Assembly (NCBI GenBank): GCA_964458415.1 | Contig: CAYWIT010000011.1 | Span: 11,739 to 75,738, forward strand | DNA: 64,000 nt | Direction of reading: 5' to 3' | DNA from: an uncultured Rhodospirillaceae bacterium | GTDB taxonomy: Bacteria; Pseudomonadota; Alphaproteobacteria; Micavibrionales; UBA2020 | In this document: in pieces, positions 44,294-54,485 of the stretch | How the letters are laid out: every line of letters starts with the position of its first letter | Numbering within the stretch: the stretch's first letter is position 1 | Translations under genes and position numbers: made by a program | The notes under the pieces: model-generated | Told to the model about the DNA's origin: nothing | Databases searched by the model: none | What the model saw: only the letters and a program-made list of their open reading frames with translations

Positions 44294-44458
44294 ATTACAC
44301 TTTCCAGCTTTATTTACGCTTTTCACTCTAGGGGCACGGCCACAGAAAAACAACCAATAGAAAAGCTTCGCCAAAGCTCATTTTTTCTGTTATGGATATA
44401 TTGACGGTTTGGCACGGTTTTCGCATAACATAACTCTGCCGGAAAGGAGTTCCTGAGC

Positions 44459-45157
44459 ATGCCACAACACGACCATCTGACCGATAAGCCCCTCAGGGAA
44501 ATGCCGGCGCCTAAACCTGCGGATTTTTCCTCACGTAAAACCGCGTTTGACAGCTGGTGGCGGACACAGAGCGCAACCATGGCACTGCTGCGTCACGCCT
44601 ATCAAAAGATTGAAGAGGCAGAGCGCCGCCTTGAGGCGCAGGAACACCGTATCCAACAACTGGAAGAGCTCGCTGAAACCGATCCGCTGACTGGATTGAT
44701 GAACCGCCGGGGATTTGAAAAATTCGTTGAGCTGGAGATGTCGCGCATCCGCCGCCTCCATTCTCCCGGCGCCCTGCTGGTACTGGTTGACCTCGACCGC
44801 TTCAAGCAAATCAATGATATTAACGGCCATCAGGCGGGGGATGAATGCCTGAAGCTCGTCGCTGACCATCTGCTAAAATCCATCCGCTTTGCCGATGGCG
44901 CCGCACGCTTTGGCGGCGATGAATTCGCTATCCTGTTAACCCAGACAGCCCCCGAAAAAGCCATGGCCCGCGCACAAAAAATCCGTCAGGTGCTCAACGA
45001 TATGCGCCTGAACTGGCAGGGAGAAAAACTGCATTTCGGCGCCAGCATCGGAATCGCTCCGGCCACGCCGGAAAGCGATTTCCCAGCCCTTTATAAACAG
45101 GCGGATACCGGGCTCTATGCCGACAAGCAAGACCGCCGCCAGCGCGGGTTGAGATAG
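44459..45157 (+). CDS. GGDEF diguanylate cyclase with N-terminal coiled coil
   Basis: DPLTGLMNRRGF and RFGGDEFAIL. GGAAAGGAG RBS. Confidence 0.8.
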   Translation: MPQHDHLTDKPLREMPAPKPADFSSRKTAFDSWWRTQSATMALLRHAYQKIEEAERRLEAQEHRIQQLEELAETDPLTGLMNRRGFEKFVELEMSRIRRLHSPGALLVLVDLDRFKQINDINGHQAGDECLKLVADHLLKSIRFADGAARFGGDEFAILLTQTAPEKAMARAQKIRQVLNDMRLNWQGEKLHFGASIGIAPATPESDFPALYKQADTGLYADKQDRRQRGLR

Positions 45158-45211
45158 ACGGGGTCAATTAAAGAGAAATCCATTTTTTCTCAGCCCTGTG
45201 AGCAAAACGCT

Positions 45212-45946
45212 CTATCGCGGTATAACTACATTAACAAAATAAAGTCCACCAGCATAATGATCGAATGGAGCACAGAACATCATCTTGCCGGCAAATCGCG
45301 CATCCTGATCCCCGAGAACTTTTGTCGAAGTGAAGTCGTTATTCGCCATACAGCCGTTAAAATTGTCCGGGCGCGATGTGGCGACGTCTTCAATTGCCGG
45401 ACTCGTTGCAGTAAAGTTTGTATTGATCCCAAGCTGCTTATTAATTCTGTTACAGATATCCGGCTGCAGAAAAAATGTGACACTCAAAAGCTCTGGCGCA
45501 GATGACCCGACGCCAAAAATGCTCCCTTGCTTGACCTGCGTTGTGCCGGGCGCTGGCAACCCAGGGACATAGGACGCAGGCTCAAATCCAGACGCAGTAA
45601 AAACCTGCGCCTCAACACCGCCACCCAACGGATCAAAAATACGGCAATCCGTTGTCGTGCAAGTATGATTCTGGTTCCAGCAATTATAACTGCCATTTCC
45701 AAAGACCCAGGAGGGGCTCCTATAATCAAGCATCAGGGGGTCCACCCCCTGCAAGAGTATCATTCTGTTGACCGCTGCCTGCACAAGGCCCGCCCACTGT
45801 ACAATCTTTGACGCTTCAAGATCGACCTGCTCTTTTGAAATATCTCCCCCGCCGCGTCCTGATTGCGTTATTGCATAGGAAAGCGCCCCAAACAGGGCCA
45901 CGGCGATCAGGATTAGAAACAGGGCGGAACCTCGCTGCGATCGCAT
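45212..45946 (-). CDS. PilX-N-like pilin-related, Cys-rich exported protein
   Basis: The N-terminus SQRGSALFLILIAVALFGAL resembles the PilX_N motif (QRG-aL + hydrophobic helix). Multiple Cys in the globular part. Confidence 0.4.
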   Translation of the reverse strand: MRSQRGSALFLILIAVALFGALSYAITQSGRGGGDISKEQVDLEASKIVQWAGLVQAAVNRMILLQGVDPLMLDYRSPSWVFGNGSYNCWNQNHTCTTTDCRIFDPLGGGVEAQVFTASGFEPASYVPGLPAPGTTQVKQGSIFGVGSSAPELLSVTFFLQPDICNRINKQLGINTNFTATSPAIEDVATSRPDNFNGCMANNDFTSTKVLGDQDARFAGKMMFCAPFDHYAGGLYFVNVVIPR

Positions 45947-45980
45947 AAACAGAACTTCCTTTAAAATTCAAAAAAGCAAG

Positions 45981-47798
45981 CTATCCCGCTGCCTTGACCT
46001 TCTCCTTTGGCAGATCTGTTTTGATATGCACATCACGTAGCTGGTGAAGATCAACCGTTGCCGGAGCCCCCATCAGCAGATCCTCTGCCTGTTGGTTCAT
46101 CGGGAAGGCAATAACTTCGCGCACGTTCGGCTCATCAGCAAGGAACATCACCATCCTGTCGATGCCGAAAGCACAGCCGCCATGCGGCGGCGCCCCGAAT
46201 TTAAAAGCATTGTACATCCCGCCGAATTTCTCCTGAACAGAGCCCTTCGGATAGCCTGCAATTTCAAACGCACGCTCCATCACTTCGGGAATATGGTTCC
46301 GGATACCGCCCGAGGCCAGTTCGACACCGTTGCAAACGCTGTCATACTGGATCGCCTTGATCTTAAGCGGGTCATCATGGTTCAGCGCATGCAGTCCGCC
46401 TGCTGGCATCGAGAACGGATTATGCGAGAAATCGATCTTGCCCGTCTTGTCGTTGATTTCGTACATCGGGAAATCGACGATCCAGCAAAAACGGAAAGCG
46501 TTTTTCTCGATAATATCCATGTCCTCGCCGATTTTCGTCCGTGCCTTGCCCGCCATGGCCGCAGCCTTGGCCGTTTCGTCGCAGACAAAGAAGACCGCGT
46601 CACCGCTCGCGGCGCCCGTCAGTTTTTTTAGCTCTTCCTGTGCGGCAGGCGGGATGAACTTCGCAATTGGCCCTTTTCCTTCCGCGCCCTCGAACACGAC
46701 ATAGCCCAAGCCCACAGCCCCTTCGCCCTTTGCCCAGTCATTGAGCTTGTCAAAGAAGCTGCGCGGTCTGTCAGAGACCTTCGGCGCACGGATAGCACGC
46801 ACCACGCCGCCCTTTTCAACTGTCGCTTTGAAAGCGCGGAATTCGACATCGCTCCGTGCAAAAACGCTGGTGACATCAACGATTTCAAGCGGGTTGCGCA
46901 GATCCGGCTTGTCGCTGCCGTATTTTAGCATGGATTCGTCAAACCCGATGCGGCGGAATGGCGGTCTATCCACTGCGAATTTTTGGCCGGTAAAGCTAGA
47001 AAACTCCTCGAATACACCGTAAATAACCGGCTCCATCGTCGCAAAGACATCGTCCTGCGTGACAAAGGACATCTCGACGTCAAGCTGGTAAAACTCGCCC
47101 GCGGTGCGATCGGCCCGCGCGTCCTCGTCGCGGAAACAGGGCGCAATCTGGAAGTAACGGTCAAAACCCGACATCATCAGCAATTGCTTGAACTGCTGCG
47201 GGGCTTGCGGCAGGGCATAGAACTTCCCCGGATGCAGGCGCGACGGCACCAGAAAGTCGCGTGCGCCCTCCGGTGAAGAGGCGGTCAGGATCGGGGTCTG
47301 GAATTCGCGGAATCCCTGCTCGACCATGCGGCGGCGAATGGAAGTCACCACGTCGCTCCGCAACACGATATTCCGGTGCAGCACATCGCGGCGCAAATCC
47401 AGAAAGCGGTATTTCAGACGCACATCCTCGCCATAAGGCTCATCGGAATTCACCTGCAACGGCAGCATATCTGTCACAGGCGCGGAGAGCAGATCAAAAT
47501 GCTTGATCCGGACCTCGATTTCACCTGTTGGCAGATTTTTATTCGTTGTTTCCGGCGTACGCAGGACAACCTCGCCCGTCACGCAAATAACGTTTTCCAG
47601 CCGTAAACTTTCGATGCTTTTAAACAAGGGGTTGTCCGTATTGATGACGCATTGCGTCAGGCCGTAATGATCACGCAGATCAATAAACAGCAATCCACCA
47701 TGGTCGCGTTTGCGGTGAATCCACCCGGAAATCTTGATCGTCTGCCCCTTGTCCGCCGCGCGAAGCTGGTTGCAGGTATGTGTGCGGTATGTATGCAT
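45981..47798 (-). CDS. aspS: aspartyl-tRNA synthetase
   Basis: 605 aa, full-length class II AspRS pattern ([19 protein letters not shown]). Confidence 0.93.
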   Translation of the reverse strand: MHTYRTHTCNQLRAADKGQTIKISGWIHRKRDHGGLLFIDLRDHYGLTQCVINTDNPLFKSIESLRLENVICVTGEVVLRTPETTNKNLPTGEIEVRIKHFDLLSAPVTDMLPLQVNSDEPYGEDVRLKYRFLDLRRDVLHRNIVLRSDVVTSIRRRMVEQGFREFQTPILTASSPEGARDFLVPSRLHPGKFYALPQAPQQFKQLLMMSGFDRYFQIAPCFRDEDARADRTAGEFYQLDVEMSFVTQDDVFATMEPVIYGVFEEFSSFTGQKFAVDRPPFRRIGFDESMLKYGSDKPDLRNPLEIVDVTSVFARSDVEFRAFKATVEKGGVVRAIRAPKVSDRPRSFFDKLNDWAKGEGAVGLGYVVFEGAEGKGPIAKFIPPAAQEELKKLTGAASGDAVFFVCDETAKAAAMAGKARTKIGEDMDIIEKNAFRFCWIVDFPMYEINDKTGKIDFSHNPFSMPAGGLHALNHDDPLKIKAIQYDSVCNGVELASGGIRNHIPEVMERAFEIAGYPKGSVQEKFGGMYNAFKFGAPPHGGCAFGIDRMVMFLADEPNVREVIAFPMNQQAEDLLMGAPATVDLHQLRDVHIKTDLPKEKVKAAG

Positions 47799-47884
47799 GT
47801 TTTTTTACCCTCAATGCTCAAAATTCTGTATTTTCATAGCAGAAAAGTGTGGAAAAACAAAGCCCTTTGGTGTATTTGAGGAAT

Positions 47885-49042
47885 ATGTCCTTGATTACAA
47901 CCACAAAAGACCTGAAATCCCTTGTCACCCGCCTGAAAAAAGCGGAATTTGTGACCGTTGACACAGAATTCATCCGCGAGAGGACGTATTGGGCACGTCT
48001 GTGCCTGATACAGGTTTCCGGCAAGGATAATGAAGCTTTCGCCATTGATCCGCTGGCCGAGGGAATGGATCTTTCCCCCTTCTACGATCTGATGCAGGAC
48101 AAAAACGTCATGAAAGTCTTTCATGCCTGCCGTCAGGATCTTGAGATTTTTTACAAGGAAACGGGCAAGCTTCCCACGCCCATTTTTGACACACAGGTCG
48201 CTGCGATGGTTTGCGGCTTTGGCGATCAGGTCAGCTACGAAAATATTGTCAATGCCCTCACCGGCAAAAAACTGGATAAATCGGCGCGCTTCACGGATTG
48301 GGCGCTGCGCCCGCTTTCGGTCAAACAGATCAAATATGCGCTGGCCGATGTTATTCACCTGCGCAAGGTCTACGAGAAACTGTCCGATCACCTCGACACG
48401 CTCAAGCGCAAAACATGGATCAGGGATGAAATGAAAAGCCTGACCGACCGTGAAAATTATACTTGGCGCCCCGAAGAAGCCTGGGAAAGGATCAGGGTCC
48501 CCAACAACAAACCACGTACACTCGGCATTCTTCAGGAAGTTGCCGCATGGCGTGAACGCATGGCGCAGGAACTTGACGTGCCGCGTGGCCGTATCCTCAA
48601 GGATGAAGCGCTGGCCGAAATCGCCGCCCACCCGCCGACATCTAAAGAAACCATGTCGCGCCTGCGCGGCTTGCATCAGGGCTTTGCCGAAAGCGAACGC
48701 GGGAAATCCCTGCTTGAAGCCGTCAAGATTGGCTTGAGCCTTGATGAAAAAGACTGCCCCAGACGCGAACCAAGAACGCATTTCCCCCCCGGCCTTGGCC
48801 CGACCATCGATCTTTTACGCGTTCTTCTGAAATTAAAATGCGAAGAAGGAAAAGTAGCGCAAAAGCTTCTCTGTAGCGCCTCTGATCTTGAACTGATTGC
48901 AGCCTACGGAGAAAAAGCGGATGTTCCAGCCCTTTCCGGATGGCGTCACAAGCTCTTTGGCAAGGAGGCTTTGGAACTCCGCGATGGTCGCCTTGCGATC
49001 TGTGTTGAAAATGGGCACCTGAAAATGGTCAAGGCCGATTAA
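47885..49042 (+). CDS. rnd: ribonuclease D
   Basis: ORF 47849-49042. Start MSLITTTKDL. DEDD exonuclease motif VTVDTEF and an HRDC region. Confidence 0.85.
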   Translation: MSLITTTKDLKSLVTRLKKAEFVTVDTEFIRERTYWARLCLIQVSGKDNEAFAIDPLAEGMDLSPFYDLMQDKNVMKVFHACRQDLEIFYKETGKLPTPIFDTQVAAMVCGFGDQVSYENIVNALTGKKLDKSARFTDWALRPLSVKQIKYALADVIHLRKVYEKLSDHLDTLKRKTWIRDEMKSLTDRENYTWRPEEAWERIRVPNNKPRTLGILQEVAAWRERMAQELDVPRGRILKDEALAEIAAHPPTSKETMSRLRGLHQGFAESERGKSLLEAVKIGLSLDEKDCPRREPRTHFPPGLGPTIDLLRVLLKLKCEEGKVAQKLLCSASDLELIAAYGEKADVPALSGWRHKLFGKEALELRDGRLAICVENGHLKMVKAD

Positions 49043-49084
49043 TATATTATTTTCATAATATATTAATGATTTTAAGGTATATTC

Positions 49085-50389
49085 ATGCTGGAAAGGTATT
49101 TTAGAAAAAAGGACAACGGTTTGAAAAGGCCTGTATTTTTTAGACCTTCAGCGGAGGCAAAAGAATCCGGCACTCATATCCCGGAGGATTTGCTGCGCCG
49201 GAAAGAGGCTCTCCGTAAAAAATTCCGGCAGGCCTTTGTTGCTGCCATCAGTCTCCCCATCGCAGCCTTTTCCGCCCATAAGCTGATTGAAAACAAAGAC
49301 GCCGAAACCAATCTTGAAAAACCCGGGCTCGTCCTGACGATCAAGGAAATATTCGATCAGAAATCTATCGAGCGCATGGGCCCGCAGATAGCCAGTCAGC
49401 AGCGGCTGGATCGCATATTTGAAAAAATGTCGCAGACAGAAATGGGCCACGACATTCTCCAATACATCAAGACGCACAAAGTAAAAGTCAGCTTCTACGA
49501 CAGCGCCGATAAAGATGACCAGATCAACCTGAAAGAAGGAAAACTTGGAACGTATCATCCAGACAAAAACCTTATCAAGCTGAACGCCAAATCACCCGAT
49601 GATGCTATCATGGTTACACTTGCGCATGAAGCCCGCCATGCGTGGCAGGCTCATAAAATAAAATACTGGATGATAGAAGGCACCGCCGTCTCTCCGGAAA
49701 AAAAACTTCTGATCCGAAGATATGTTGAGGCCGACGCATTTGCCTACCAAACCGCTTTTGCCCTCGATTTTGAAAGCGACAGCGGAAAAAGGCTTGTTCT
49801 GGGCAGAAATGCAGAAGTTGACAAGACTTATAAATCAACAGATGCAGAAATGCGCGAGGCCTTGCGACAAGAGCTTATCAACGGCACCAGTCCGGCGCAG
49901 GCAAGGCTGACAATCCTAAGGCTGGCCTTTGAAACGCTGCAAGACCGCGGCTATGACAAGAAAAGCATCGAAGGTCTGGATCAAAACATTAATGCTCTGT
50001 ACAAAAACAGCATTTCCCAGGATACAGACGTAATGGATGAAAAATCCATTACCGCCCTGCGCTCGCAAATCGAAAAGATTCGCAAAGAGCCTGACTGGGA
50101 AACCGTCATCAAATATCTGCGTAAATTCGGCAACATGGGCCTGCAGGATAATGACGTTAATTATCTTGATGGCGTGCCTGATAAAGACATGACCAGCCTG
50201 GACTGGATGGGCGGACTTTCAGATCTTCGGGCGCCCCAGTTCAAAAAAATCAAATCAATGTATGCGAGCATCCTTGAACAATCCCAAAATCTTTTTCTTG
50301 ATGAGCCCGCGCAGACAGAACCCGCGGCAGAAGAACCCGTGCAAACACCGCCCCCACCCTCAAACGGCCCTTCAAATACACCGCGTTAA
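49085..50389 (+). CDS. hypothetical HExxH-motif protein (putative metallopeptidase), AT-richer gene
   Basis: 434 aa with one N-terminal hydrophobic segment (FVAAISLPIAAF). LAHEARHAWQ with a downstream EADAFAYQ (gluzincin-like spacing). Pro-rich tail. Confidence 0.45.
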   Translation: MLERYFRKKDNGLKRPVFFRPSAEAKESGTHIPEDLLRRKEALRKKFRQAFVAAISLPIAAFSAHKLIENKDAETNLEKPGLVLTIKEIFDQKSIERMGPQIASQQRLDRIFEKMSQTEMGHDILQYIKTHKVKVSFYDSADKDDQINLKEGKLGTYHPDKNLIKLNAKSPDDAIMVTLAHEARHAWQAHKIKYWMIEGTAVSPEKKLLIRRYVEADAFAYQTAFALDFESDSGKRLVLGRNAEVDKTYKSTDAEMREALRQELINGTSPAQARLTILRLAFETLQDRGYDKKSIEGLDQNINALYKNSISQDTDVMDEKSITALRSQIEKIRKEPDWETVIKYLRKFGNMGLQDNDVNYLDGVPDKDMTSLDWMGGLSDLRAPQFKKIKSMYASILEQSQNLFLDEPAQTEPAAEEPVQTPPPPSNGPSNTPR

Positions 50390-50391
50390 GT

Positions 50392-51870
50392 TCATAGAAT
50401 AACCGCCGTATATCCCGTAGCCCCAGCGATATCCTGCAAAGCATCGGCGATAATTTCGGCGTTGAGCGCCCCGCTCCGCACACCAAGCTCCAGACATATA
50501 TTCTGATCTCGCACACTCAGTTTGCTCCGCGCGAGTAACGACAAAGCGCCGCCGGTCAGCAAATATGCCAATTTCTGCGCATGTCCGACGACCACAGCAT
50601 GATGAAACAATTCATCAGAAAGGATACGCCGCGCGGCTTGCACGGCAGAATCTCCGCTCCGCCCGCCATAGCGAACATATTGCGTCAAGGCCAGAAAGGC
50701 CCGCCCAGCGTGATCAAGCCCATAGAAAGGCAAGACAAGAATGCGTTCAAAAGCATGCGCCGCCTGATAGTCTTCATGTTCAAACCAGCCCGTATCGCTC
50801 AACAGGCACGCAGCCTCCAACAACCTTAAAAAAGGCGCTTGCGCGTCCGGAAACAACGGTTCCATCCACAAAGCGAGAACGCCAAAAGCGGAAATATCAT
50901 CAAAACGGCTGATTTTATGCGCAATTTTGCGGCAACTGACAATCAAGGCATCCTGTTTCTGCAGGGACGGCGGCATCCGTTCGTACAAAAGCCCCTCGCG
51001 CAATCCTGTGCCGGAAAACACCAGCCGCGCCGCATGCGTCCGCTCAAGCAAGGCTTGCAATGTCAGCGCCGCAACCCCCATATCCCGCAGGCGTTTCTTT
51101 GAAAGTCCTGCCGTCTTTTCCAGCGAAGACAGACTCTGCCGCGTCAACAGGCTGGCATAGTCCAGCGCCTTGTTTCCTGGAATCGAATAATGATCCAGCA
51201 CAAGCAAAGGATGGTCGGACAGTCGCATATGCGCCTTGGCCATCGACCGCCAGGCACCGCCCAATGCATAAAAATCGTTACCCGTGCAGTCTTTCAGAAA
51301 GCCGACACTCTCCAGTTGCTCTGCGACAACGCGCTGTCGCTCTTCCGGAGATTTCAAGGCCTGCAAACGGTGCGAACCGATGGGCAGGCTCACCTTGTTT
51401 TTAACCTGTCCGCCCTCAACCTGAATCAGTTCCAGCGACCCCCCGCCATAGTCGCCAATAATGCCATTCTCCCCAAGCCCGTTCATCAGCACCCCCAGAG
51501 CGGAAAGCCGTGCCTCCTCGTCTCCGTCAACGACACGAATAACCAGACCGCACTCCTGTTCGACACGGGCGATAAAATCAGCCCCGTCTTCCGCATCACG
51601 CAAAGCCGCCGTTGCCACCGCCAGAATATGACGAACCTTCATTGCCGCCAGCAACCCGGAAAAGCGACGGATACTCTCCAGCGCCTTTCTGGCCCCATCC
51701 GGGCTCAGCCGTCCTGTCGTCGCGAGATCGGCGCCAAGACTGCAGATATTACGTTCATTATGAATCCGCACTGGCGCCCGGTTGATACCATCGTAAACAA
51801 CCAGCCGCACCGCATTCGACCCGATGTCAAGAACGGCCACGTAATCTTTCTTGGCATTCCGAACGGACAT
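50392..51870 (-). CDS. ppx: exopolyphosphatase / pppGpp phosphohydrolase (Ppx/GppA family)
   Basis: ORF 50392-51900. Start MSVRNAKKDY at 51870. Motifs LDIGSNAVRLVV and DGDEEARL. Confidence 0.85.
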   Translation of the reverse strand: MSVRNAKKDYVAVLDIGSNAVRLVVYDGINRAPVRIHNERNICSLGADLATTGRLSPDGARKALESIRRFSGLLAAMKVRHILAVATAALRDAEDGADFIARVEQECGLVIRVVDGDEEARLSALGVLMNGLGENGIIGDYGGGSLELIQVEGGQVKNKVSLPIGSHRLQALKSPEERQRVVAEQLESVGFLKDCTGNDFYALGGAWRSMAKAHMRLSDHPLLVLDHYSIPGNKALDYASLLTRQSLSSLEKTAGLSKKRLRDMGVAALTLQALLERTHAARLVFSGTGLREGLLYERMPPSLQKQDALIVSCRKIAHKISRFDDISAFGVLALWMEPLFPDAQAPFLRLLEAACLLSDTGWFEHEDYQAAHAFERILVLPFYGLDHAGRAFLALTQYVRYGGRSGDSAVQAARRILSDELFHHAVVVGHAQKLAYLLTGGALSLLARSKLSVRDQNICLELGVRSGALNAEIIADALQDIAGATGYTAVIL

Positions 51871-51970
51871 GACAATTTCCTTTCCTTCTCTTATAATCAA
51901 AGAGAAAGCAAAAAACTATGGCCTTTTGTCAGAGGCCTTGCGTCAGGGGGCGGCCTTTGGCCGATTATGC

Positions 51971-52366
51971 GTGCTAGAATTTTTGGACACGTTTCTTGAA
52001 ATATCACATCGGCTGTTTTTAGCCTTCCTTGTCTTTGGATGGATCTGGCGCCCAAGCCGCAGGATGCACCGCTGGGCTCTCTCCATAACAGCCATAAACT
52101 GGTTTGTAATCGGGCCTATCCTCTATAACAGGGTCGGATTTTGTATAGTAACTGAAATCCAGCGACAGGTCAGAATGAAAATCAGCGGGCCCTGTGACGT
52201 CGGGCCGGACAAGGGTTTTGTTCAATATCTTCTTGAAGATTACAATATTTCCGCATCTCTCGACACGGTCAATACCGTCATTCTCACGCTCTTTTTTATC
52301 ACCAGCCTGATTGCTATCTGGCTCTGGGAGCTCGAAAACAGGCGTACAAAAAAGACCTTAGTTTAA
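51971..52366 (+). CDS. DUF2784-like small membrane protein
   Basis: ORF 51851-52366. Probable GTG start at 51971. GFCIVTEIQRQVR and GFVQYLL parallel the DUF2784 pattern (CPLT..E..LR, GF..HYL). The start is uncertain. Confidence 0.4.
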   Translation: MLEFLDTFLEISHRLFLAFLVFGWIWRPSRRMHRWALSITAINWFVIGPILYNRVGFCIVTEIQRQVRMKISGPCDVGPDKGFVQYLLEDYNISASLDTVNTVILTLFFITSLIAIWLWELENRRTKKTLV

Positions 52367-53242
52367 AGAGAAAGCAAGATCGCAAACACTGTAGCTGACA
52401 GCTGACCCCTTCAAAATGCCGGATCCGCTTTCAAGATAGGTAGCCGGCAGCGGAAAGCCTTTGACACATTTAGACGCAGCATTCGTCGCGGCCGCCTGCA
52501 CAATCCCTACCGCCGGATTGCCATCGTCCATCTTGCGATCAATCTTGGCAGCCTGAAACGCCGTCAAAACACAGGCTGGACCACCTGTAGCGCCACAAAC
52601 CGGCACAGCTGTCAAGGCCGGCGTATTGGGCAATGCCCAAAGTTGCAGCATTAAACCGGAAAGCCCCGGTAAGGCATTCATAGTTTGGGCGATATTCAAT
52701 ACCGTCCCATCCCCCTGACCGACAACAAACCCGCCGCCAATCTTGGCCTCGGGATGTGTCACACCCCACTGCGGCTCCGCACCTGACAAAGCTTCATCGG
52801 AAATCCCTGAAATCAGCCCTGCCTTTAAAAGATGCATCCAGAAAAGCTGCGTTTCGTCACCGACTGCGCTGGGGGGGACGTTCATCCCCCCTGTTGCTGG
52901 TAATTGTGCCTTCCAATGAGGGACACCACTACCCCAATTCAAATCACCCACAATACCGTCTCCAAACCACCATGTGGTTGCGGCAGGAACACAGTTGAGG
53001 CACCCGGGAAGCCTTGTATCCGCCTCCCTGAAATCGCCGGGCAGGGCATTATATTTGTCCCTGAACACTGTCACAGCAGATTTGATCCCCTGTACCTGCG
53101 AAATGGTTGTTGCCACGCGCGAGTTGTCAATCATCTCGACACCCTTGAGGATGCCCCCAACGATCAACCCGATAATGACCATGGCAATTGCCAGCTCGAC
53201 CAATGTAAACCCTGATTGCCCCATGTCTTTAGTAGAGGTCAC
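52358..53242 (-). CDS. type IV pilin-like protein (prepilin N-terminal methylation domain)
   Basis: MGQSG/FTLVELAIAMVIIGLIVGG is the canonical class III signal with Glu5. 294 aa with C-terminal Cys residues. Confidence 0.75.
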   Translation of the reverse strand: MTSTKDMGQSGFTLVELAIAMVIIGLIVGGILKGVEMIDNSRVATTISQVQGIKSAVTVFRDKYNALPGDFREADTRLPGCLNCVPAATTWWFGDGIVGDLNWGSGVPHWKAQLPATGGMNVPPSAVGDETQLFWMHLLKAGLISGISDEALSGAEPQWGVTHPEAKIGGGFVVGQGDGTVLNIAQTMNALPGLSGLMLQLWALPNTPALTAVPVCGATGGPACVLTAFQAAKIDRKMDDGNPAVGIVQAAATNAASKCVKGFPLPATYLESGSGILKGSAVSYSVCDLAFSLN

Positions 53243-53348
53243 TATTCTGCTCCTTACTCTTGCTGACTTCCAAATTCTGTATTTTCAGCATATGATATTG
53301 TAGAGCGTATGACAACACTCTTTCTAGGCCTTCCAAGACAACATCCCC

Positions 53349-53813
53349 ATGAAAACATTCTATCTTTTAAGACATGGAGACGCCAGCGCCGGACTGGACG
53401 ATCATGAACGCCCCCTTTCCCCTAAGGGGCATGAAGAGGCCTCCCGTGTGGCTTTGTTCATGGAAGATAACAAACTTGTTCCGGATTTCATTCTATGCTC
53501 TTCAGCCCTGAGAACACAGGAAACAATGCATGCCCTGCTCAAGCAAACCCGGCGAAAGACAGCGCATTTCCTTGCACGAAAGCTGTATCTTGCAGATCCG
53601 GATATGATTCTGATGCAAGCGGCCGGAGCACCGGAATCCTGCCATAACCTTCTTGTTATCAGCCATAACCCCGGGATTAGCGAGCTTGCCATTCACCTTG
53701 GCATAAAAGCGATGTTCCCGACCTGCGGCCTTGGCGTTTTCAGCACAACTGCAGAAACATGGGCGGAAATATCCCCGCACAATACAAAGCCCGCGCATTT
53801 TTATATGCCATAA
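53349..53813 (+). CDS. sixA: histidine phosphatase family protein (SixA-like)
   Basis: YLLRHGDA (RHG motif), 154 aa. Confidence 0.7.
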   Translation: MKTFYLLRHGDASAGLDDHERPLSPKGHEEASRVALFMEDNKLVPDFILCSSALRTQETMHALLKQTRRKTAHFLARKLYLADPDMILMQAAGAPESCHNLLVISHNPGISELAIHLGIKAMFPTCGLGVFSTTAETWAEISPHNTKPAHFYMP

Positions 53814-53817
53814 CTTT

Positions 53818-54354
53818 TTATTCTTTATCTTGAATTAACCCTTCAAGGATTTGAAAAGGATTGCTTTTCCTTTCTGTGCCGACCCCTGAAGCTTGCGCGG
53901 AAAGGTTAACCCCCGGCGCCCGTGGATAGATATCAATGTCTAGCGCGAGATATTGCGCCACAATTTCTCCCAGATCAATTTGCCCGTTAACCGCCAACTC
54001 CGGCAAATCTTCCGCGCTTTCAGGATCAAAAGTCGTCTCGTCAGCGGCCTTGCTCGCATCCTCTGTAAAAAAAGTTTCAAAGCTTCCCTGAATATGCGCA
54101 GGCACATCCTGCAAGGATACGACGCAAGCCTGAATAATATCGGCCTCGAATGCCCCCTCCAAACGAACAATATCGCCGCCAGGAATACGGCGAATATTCA
54201 GACGCGCCTTCAATCCAGAAATTTTTCGTAAATCAAACCTTTTTGCCAGTGCTTCGCACTCTTCCGGTGTTGCCTCTATTTTTTCATAGCGCACCTTATC
54301 GGGCGAAATTCCCTCAATCGCAATCAGGCGTGAAAACTCTGGATCGTACATCAT
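53818..54354 (-). CDS. YceD/DUF177 family protein
   Basis: 178 aa, acidic, with the typical DUF177 layout (LEGAFEADIIQACVVSL, DLGEIVAQYLAL). Confidence 0.65.
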   Translation of the reverse strand: MMYDPEFSRLIAIEGISPDKVRYEKIEATPEECEALAKRFDLRKISGLKARLNIRRIPGGDIVRLEGAFEADIIQACVVSLQDVPAHIQGSFETFFTEDASKAADETTFDPESAEDLPELAVNGQIDLGEIVAQYLALDIDIYPRAPGVNLSAQASGVGTERKSNPFQILEGLIQDKE

Positions 54355-54485
54355 CTATTCCATCCTCTTTATGTCCGGCTTTGTACACGTTTTCACATGA
54401 AAAAACAAAGCATTTCCTTATTCCTTGCCTTTCGGCATGATGACCATTATATAATACCGAAGTACAAAAATGTGAAGGTTTGCAC

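Noticed and set aside
47834-48781. 315-aa minus-strand ORF opposite rnd
   Set aside because: It is antisense to a clear RNase D. It has no motifs and shows the typical open-antisense-frame artefact.
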